This document shows positions 50,838-57,884 of a stretch of 57,884 nt of DNA, one piece after another (the first letter of the stretch is position 1; every line of letters begins with the position of its first letter). The stretch is taken from contig NC_057718.1 in the NCBI RefSeq assembly GCF_004010195.1, positions 82,467,243 through 82,525,126 on the forward strand, written 5' to 3'. A program made the position numbers and the translations under genes. This stretch comes from Chiloscyllium plagiosum (taxonomy: Eukaryota). Under the pieces are notes generated by a model that saw nothing but the letters and a program-made list of their open reading frames with translations, ran no database searches and was not told the DNA's origin.

Positions 50838-51638
50838 ACTTGGAAGGATAGTAAACTGTGAGGAGGGCAGTGTAGAGCTCCAACAGGACATTGACAAGTT
50901 GTTGAAGTGAGTGGATAGGTAGCAGCTGCACTTCCATATCAAGAAGTGTGAGGTGATTCCTTTTGGTAGATTGAATGTTGAAAGACAATACTGAATAGTG
51001 GATACAATTCGTAAGGTAGAGGAGACTTGGTACGTAAGTGGAGAGAGTGGTTAATGAAACATACAGTATCCTTGGCTTTATTAATCTGAGTTTAGAGTAC
51101 AATAGCAAGGAAGTGATGTTGAATTTGTATAGGACACTTATTTGACTCCAGATGGAATATTGTGTTTAGTTCTGGGCGCCACATTTAGAGGAAGGAAATG
51201 ATGCACTGAAAAAAGTACAGAATCATTGCAGAGACGAGAAATTCCAGTTTAGAAGATAGATTGAAGATATTGGGAGTGTTCTCCTTGGATAGAAGTAGGC
51301 GGAGAGGTTTTTATGAGGGGCTCGATGTAGTGGATGGAGAGAAACTGTTCCCGCTGTGAAAGGATTAAGAGCCAGAGTGCACCGATTAACAGTGATTTGC
51401 AAGAGAAGCAAATGCGAGGTGAGGGGAACCTTTCTCACGAAGCAAGTTAGCAATGTGTGGAACACATGGCCCCGAAATGTGGCAGAGGCAGGTTCAACTG
51501 AGACATTCAAAAGGGTATTGGATGATTACTTTTATAGAAATAAAAGCAGGAGATTGGCCCGGATTCTCATTTGAAGAGCTGACACGAGAATGAGGGCCGA
51601 ATACCCTCCTTCTGTGCTGTAACAGTTCCATGATTCTG
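50838..51638 (+). mobile_element. Degenerate CR1 3' fragment
   Basis: ELQQDIDKL peptide; tail ttctgtgctgtaacagttccatgattct. Confidence 0.75.
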
Positions 51639-52185
51639 TTTCAGACTTCTCTCTATCTTTGAAGTTTCCCTGGCACTTTACATGCACAACTGAGGACTTT
51701 ATTAGACAGCAATGAATTTACATCTGCAGCCTGTATTTGGCTGTAGCAGCCCTCTTTCTACGAAAACATTTTGGAATTAAAAGTGAAAAAAGTTTTTGTG
51801 GTACTTCGAGGTTCTGATCCTCATCAGGACATGCTCCACTCTCTACTTGGGCTCACTGCCTGCTTGGTCCTTCTAGGGTAGAAAACAATCCAGGGTCAAA
51901 GAGAAAAACCAAGCATATGGAGATCTGGAAAAGGATTGGAGAAAGGAGAAAATGAGAGATTATGAGGAACTGCAATGATTTGGGGTGGGATGAGAGCAGG
52001 GTGAAATAAATAGGTGGCAATAAGGTGCCAGTCTGGCTCAGTGGGTCACATTCTGATCTCTGAAGCAGAAGGTCATGAGTACAAGTCCTTTGCAGTCACT
52101 TCATTGGTTGTAAAATATTTTGAGACATCTTCAGGCCATGAAATGTGCTATATAAATAAAAGTATTGTTTACTATATTTTATTTA

Positions 52186-54162
52186 TCTGAGACATGGATA
52201 GAGCAGGGTGAGGAATGGATGTTACAGGTCCGGGGTATAGATCTTTCATTAAGAACAGGCAAGACAGTAAAAGATGGGGAGGTATGGCCTTGTTAGTCAA
52301 GGATAGTATAACGGTAGCTGAAAGAACCTTTGACGAGGACTTGCCTACTGAGGTAATGTGGGCCGACGTTAGAAACAGGAGAGGAGAGGTCACACTGCTT
52401 GGAGTTTTTTATAGGCGTCGGCAGAGTTCCAGGAAGAGAGGATTAGCAAAATTATTCTGGATAGGAGTGAAAGGAACAGTGTGGTCATTATGGGGGACTT
52501 TAACTTCCCCAATATTGACTGGAAATGCTATAACTCTAGTACATCGGATGGATCAGTTTTTGTCCAATGTGTTTAGTTACGAACAGGTGTTGTCAATTCT
52601 AGAAGGAGTGAAAGTAGATAAGTCCCGTGGGCTGGATGGGATTTATCCGAGGATTCTCTGGGAAGCTAGGGAGGAGATAGCAGCGCCTTTGGCTTTGATA
52701 TTTGAGTCATTGTTGTCTACAGGTTTAGTACCAGAGGACTGGAGGATTGCAAATGTGTGCCCTTGTTCAAGAAGGACAGTAGAGATGACCCAGGTACTTA
52801 TAGACCAGTGAGCCTTACTTCTGTTATAGGAAAGGTTTTGGAAAGGATTATAAGAAATGAGATTTATAATCATCAAGCAAGCAACAATTTGATTTCAAAT
52901 AGTCAACATGGTTTCGTCAAGGGCAGGTTGTGTCTCACAAACCTCATTGAGTTTTTTGAGAAGGTGACCAAGCATGTAGATGAGGGTCGGGCAGTTGACA
53001 TGGTTTCTGTGGACTTCAGTAAAGCCTTTGATAAGGTTCCACATGGTAGGCTGTTGGAGAAAATGCAGAGACATGGAATTCAGGGTGATTTAGCAGTTTG
53101 GATTAGAAACTGGCTTTCTGAAAGAAGGCAGTGAGTGGTGGTTGATGGAAAATATTCAGCCTGGTGTCCGGTTACTAGTGGTGTGCCACAAGGATCTGTT
53201 TTGGCATCACTGCTGTTTGTCATTTTTATAAATGACTTAGGCGCAGGCATAGGTGGATGGATTAGTAAATTTGCAGATGACACTAAAGTCAATGGAGTAG
53301 TGGACAGTTTGGAAGAATGTTACAGATTGCAGGGGGACTTAGATAAACTGCAAGATTGGGCTGAGAGGTGGCAAATGGAGTTCAGTGCAGCTAAATGTGA
53401 GGTGATGCACTTTGGGAAGAATAACAGGAAGGCAGAGTACTGGGTCAATGGAAAGATTGTTGGTAGTGTGGATGTGCAGAGGGATCTTGGAGTCCATGTA
53501 CACTGTAAGTTGCCACCCAGGTAGATAGTGCTGTTAAGAAGGGATACAGTGTGTTAGGTTTCATTTGTTTGGATTGAGTTCCGGAGCTGCAATATCATGC
53601 TGCAACTATACAAAACGCTAGTGCGGCCACACTTGGAATATTATGTACAGTTCGTCGCTATATTTTGGGAAGGATGTGGAAGCATTGGAAAAGGTGCAGA
53701 GGAGATTTACCAGGATGTTGCCTGGTCTGGAGGGAAGGTCTTATGAGGAAAGGCTGAGAAACTTGGGTCTGTTCTCATTGGAAAGAAGAAGGCTAAGAGG
53801 GGATTTGATAGAGACATACAAGATGATCAGAGGATTAGATAGGGTAGACAATGAAAGTCTTTTTCCTAGGATGATGACGTCAGCTTGTACAAGAGGGCAT
53901 CACTACAAATTGAGGGGTGATAGATTTAAGACAGATGACAGAGGCAGGTTCTTTACTCAGAGAGTGGGAAGGGCGTGCAATGTCCTACCAGCCAATGTAG
54001 TTAACTCAGTCACATTAGGGAGATTTAAACAATCCTTGGATAAGTACATGGATGATGATGGGATAGTGTAGGGGGACGAGCTGAGAATAGTTCACAGGTC
54101 GGCGCAACATCGAGGGCCAAAGGGCCTGTTCTGCGCTGTATTGTTCTACATTCTATGTTCTA
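52186..54162 (+). mobile_element. CR1 LINE ORF2 (endonuclease fragment, internal deletion, RT, 3' tail)
   Basis: YRPVSLTS, QHGF, DFSKAFD, GVPQGSVL, FADD motifs; ttctatgttcta tail. Confidence 0.92.
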
Positions 54163-54298
54163 CTTCCCTTCTGATTTCAATCTAATATTTCTTCGCCTAG
54201 GTTAATTGTTGTTCAAAAGTGAAGAGTCCATGCTTCAATCCATGCTAATGTAATATTTTATTTTGCAGGTCTTATACAAATCGAGTCTTTGAGCAAAC

Positions 54299-54980
54299 AT
54301 GGACATCTATGACCCACAAACCTTGGGCTTCATGGTGTTTGGTGGCTTCATGGTCATCTCTGCCATTGGAATTTTCTTGGTCTCCACCTTCTCCATGAAG
54401 GAAACGTCCTATGAAGAAGCCTTGGCGAAACAGAAGAAAGAGCAGGAAAAGGCTCAACAGGCTAAATCGGAAAAGAAGAAGAAAGAAAAATCTGTGGAGA
54501 AGAAAGGAAAACCAAAGAAAAAAGATGAAAAACCCAATGGGAGAATCCCAGAAGCTGAGCCTGTGCAGGATGTCTCCGAGACAGAGGTTGAAGTTGAGCC
54601 TGTTATTGTGCCAACTATTGAGACTCCCATTATGGCCGTTTCGTCTCCTCTTCCTCCTGAGTCTTCTCCCCCGGCCTCCAAAGAAAAGAGGAAGAAGGAA
54701 AAAAAGGTTGCCAAAGTCGAGCCTGCCCCGAATCCTGTGTCAGCCCATGCTCCTGTTGGCAGCTCCTCTAAACAAGCACCTGCACCTGTGGTGGAGATGG
54801 TTACTAGGGAAGTGCCAGTGATGGCAGTCCCTCCCGTAGGTGCCCAGCAGGGTGTACCCATTGCTGCTACTCCTTCCACTGTAAGTGTCAAAAAGATTGA
54901 AGCAACTACCAACCAAGATGAAGCAAAGCAAGATGCCCCAGCTAAGAAGAGGATTGCATCTAAGAAAAAGTCTGAGCCCA
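54299..54980 (+). CDS. RRBP1: Ribosome-binding protein 1 (p180), first coding exon (exon 54269-54980)
   Basis: MDIYDPQTLGFMVFGGFMVISAIGIFLVSTFSMKETSYEEALAKQ N-terminal TM anchor, Lys-rich region, EKPNG, VPVMAVPPVG, SKKKSEP; acceptor ttttgcAG 54268; donor GTGAGT 54981 (phase 1). Confidence 0.95.
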
Positions 54981-55124
54981 GTGAGTACTTGAGCTTTCTT
55001 GTTTCTGGGGTCTAATCTTAAACTGTCAAAATGGATGACATCATCTCTCACACATCTGTCTCTTTCATCTTTGGGCAATGTGTTTGGAAATGTCTTGAAC
55101 TTTTTACCCACTCTCTGATAAAGA

Positions 55125-55530
55125 AAATAACTTTCATTTATATGATACCTTTCACAACATCAAAATATTCCAAAGCACATTACAGCCACTGAAGAACTTT
55201 GGAAGTATAGTGATTATTGTAATGTCGAACACATGGCACCCAAGCAATGTCCAAATCAGTAATGTGACAATGGCCAGGTAATCTATTTTTTCAACCTTGA
55301 TATCTAAATAATCCTCAGGACACTGTGTAAATTCCCCTTCTCTTCAGATTGGCAATTTGGAATCATTATCATCTACCTGAGAAGACAGGGCCCAAGTTTA
55401 CTGTCTGATTGGAAAGACATACTGAGTATGCAGCACTCCCTCAGTGTTGCATTGTCAGCTTGCATTTTGTGTTCGCCTCTGGACTTAGCCCCTTGACTTT
55501 CTAATTGTTACTCACTGTACCAAAGCTGAC
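55125..55530 (-). mobile_element. Deu-domain SINE
   Basis: Reverse of the 14400-14790 and 41500-42150 family; gcagcactccctcagtg. Confidence 0.65.
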
Positions 55531-56089
55531 CTGCATATTAATCTTTTACTGTAGAATGTTAAATTTCTGCCAGACTCAATATAATTGCTGCACCTATCAT
55601 AAGCTGTTTTCCTCCAGTTTTTTAAAGATATTTAATATACTGGGAATTTGGTATACTGTACAGTGCAATACTTTGTTGCGCTGGTTGAACTTTTTTCCAA
55701 TGACCCTGAGCATTTTTACAAATAGCTGGCTTTATTTTGAAAGTTTATGTCTAACATCATCCAACTGGAAGCAATATCCAAAGCCCAAAGTATTGAGGAA
55801 AATTGGTGCTCGTAGCTTTAAGTTTTGAATGTCTTAAGATCCATTGTGAGCATCTGCCACAATCTGTTTATCTTGATCTTTTAAACTGAGAAAAAACAGT
55901 GAAGCATGACATTGGCTATCATGCTAGCTTTTACCAAAGTGGCTTTCAAAATTAAAATTTAAAATTTCTGTAAATATAACAACTGAGGAAAGCATTGAAA
56001 AAAAATGTCAACTCTATGGACAACCCAGTAAACATTCCAAGCAGTAGGCCAGCTAGCAATTTCCAGCATGTTAGGCATCAATATCAATA

Positions 56090-57884
56090 TTCGTGAACCG
56101 TGGATAACAGGAGAAATTGTATGACTAGCCGAGAGGAAAAGGGAAGCGTACATAAGGTCTAGACAGCTAAGAACAGAACGGGCCCTGGAGGAATATCGGA
56201 AGAGTAGGACTAGTCTTAAGTGAGGAATCAAGCTGGTTAAAAGGGGTCATGAAATAGCGTTAGCGAGCAGAATTAAGGAGAATCCCAAAGCATTTTATTC
56301 TTATATAAGAAGCAAGCGGGTAACTAGAGAAAGGATTGGTCCACTAAAGGATAATGAAGGAAGGCTGTGTGTCGGACTTGAGAGAATGGGTGAGATTCTG
56401 AATGATTACTTTGCATCAGTGTTCACTGAGGAGAGGAACTGATGAATCTTGAGATTAGAGATAGAAGTTTGATTAGTCTGGATCACATTGACATAAGTAG
56501 GGAAGATGTGTTGGGTATGCTAGAGGTTATTAAGGTGGACAAATCTCCAGGATGGGATGGGATCTATCCCAGGTTGCTGAGGGAGGTGAGAGGAAATAGC
56601 TGGGGCCCTGACAGATATCTTTGTGGCATCCTTAAATACAGGTGAGATGCAGGAGGACTGGAGGGTAGCTCATATTGTCCTCCTGTACAAGAAGGGTAGT
56701 AGGGATATTCCAGGTAACTACAGACCAGTGAGCCTGATGTCAGTGGTGGGGAAGTTGCTGGAGAGGGTACTGAGAGTTAGGATCTATTTATATTTAGAAG
56801 AGAATGGACTTATCAGTGATAGGCAACATGGTTTTGTGCAGGGTAGATCGTGCCTTACCAACTTAGTAGGGTTCTCCGAGGAAGTGACCAAGTTGAAAGA
56901 TGAAGGAAGGGCTGTTGATGTACATGGACTTTAGTAAGGCATTGGATAAAGTTCCCCATGGTAGACTAACGGAGAAAGTGAAGTCACATGGTGTGCAGGG
57001 TGTTCTAGCGAGGTGGATAAAGAACTGGTTGAGCAACAGGAAACAGAGTAGTAGTTGAAGGGAGTTTCTCAAAATGGAGAAAGGCGACCAGTGGTGTTCC
57101 ATAGGGGTCAGTGTTGGGGCCAATGTTGTTTGTAATATATGTACATGATCTAGAAGACGGCACTGTTGGTATGACCAGCAAGATTGGTGGAGTAGCAGAA
57201 AGCATAAGGGACTGTCAGAGAATACAGGAGGATATAGATAGACTGGAGAGTTGGGCAGAAAAGTGGCAGATGGTTTTCAATCCAGACAAATGTGAGGTGA
57301 TGCATTTAGGCAAGTCTAATTCTAGAGCGAATTATACAATGAACGGAAGAGCCTTGGGAAAAGTTGATGGGCAGAGAGATCTGGGAGTGCAGGTCATTTG
57401 TACCCTGAAGGTTGCTGCACACGTGGATAGAGTGGTCAAGAAGGCATATAGTATGCTTGTCTTCATTGGACGGGGTATTGAGTATAAGAACTGGCAAGTC
57501 ATGTTACAATTGTACAAGACATTGGTTCGGCCACATTTAGAATACTGTGTATAGTCCGGGTCGCCACATTACCAAAAGGATGTGGACGCTTTGGAGAGGG
57601 TGCAGAGAAGATTAACGAGGTTGTTGCCTGGTATGGAAGGTGCTAGCTACGAAGAGAGGTTGAATAGGTTAGGTTTATTATCATTAGAAAAAAGGAGATT
57701 GAGGGGGGACCTGATTGAGGTTTACAAAATCATGAAGGGTATAGACAGGGTGGATAGAGACAAGCTTTTTCCCAGGGTGAAGGATTCAATAATGAGAGGT
57801 CACGCTCTCAAGGTGAGAGGTGGAAACTTTAAGGGGGATACACGCGGCAAGTACTTCACACAGAGGGTGGTGGGCGTTTGGAAC
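56090..57884 (+). mobile_element. CR1 LINE ORF2 remnant running off the window
   Basis: YRPVSLMS, QHGFVQGRSCLTNL, LVRPHLEYCV with frameshifts. Confidence 0.92.

Noticed and set aside
54299..54980. Kinectin (KTN1) as an alternative identity
   Set aside because: The MDIYD..FGGFMV.SAIGIFLVSTFSMKETSYEEALA N-terminus is characteristic of RRBP1
54981..55015. ORF continuation to the stop at 55015
   Set aside because: Read-through into the intron past the GTGAGT donor

Overview
Eukaryotic, repeat-dense vertebrate DNA. The repeat complement (HE1-type V-SINEs, Deu-domain SINEs, many CR1 LINEs, Penelope-like elements) points to a shark or other elasmobranch. One host gene is supported: RRBP1 (p180 ribosome receptor) on the + strand, with a CpG-rich promoter and putative non-coding exon near 30.4-30.9 kb and the first coding exon at 54269-54980. 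Most of the rest is decayed transposable elements: a fragmented Gypsy LTR element (2.8-9.1 kb), CR1 and CR1-group LINEs, a Tx1-like LINE, PLEs, SINEs and a probable pogo/Tigger MITE. Most interesting: (i) short, TSD-flanked, palindromic PLE-derived insertions whose fold-back point always falls inside a minimal hammerhead ribozyme, with covarying hammerhead stems between families; (ii) a Tx1-like LINE that appears to have hit one target motif repeatedly in a probable LTR; (iii) two adjacent hairpins with 14-nt complementary loops in the RRBP1 intron; (iv) an RRBP1 exon lacking the mammalian decapeptide array but keeping one repeat-like unit. TE boundaries are approximate and family names come from motif recognition, not database searches.
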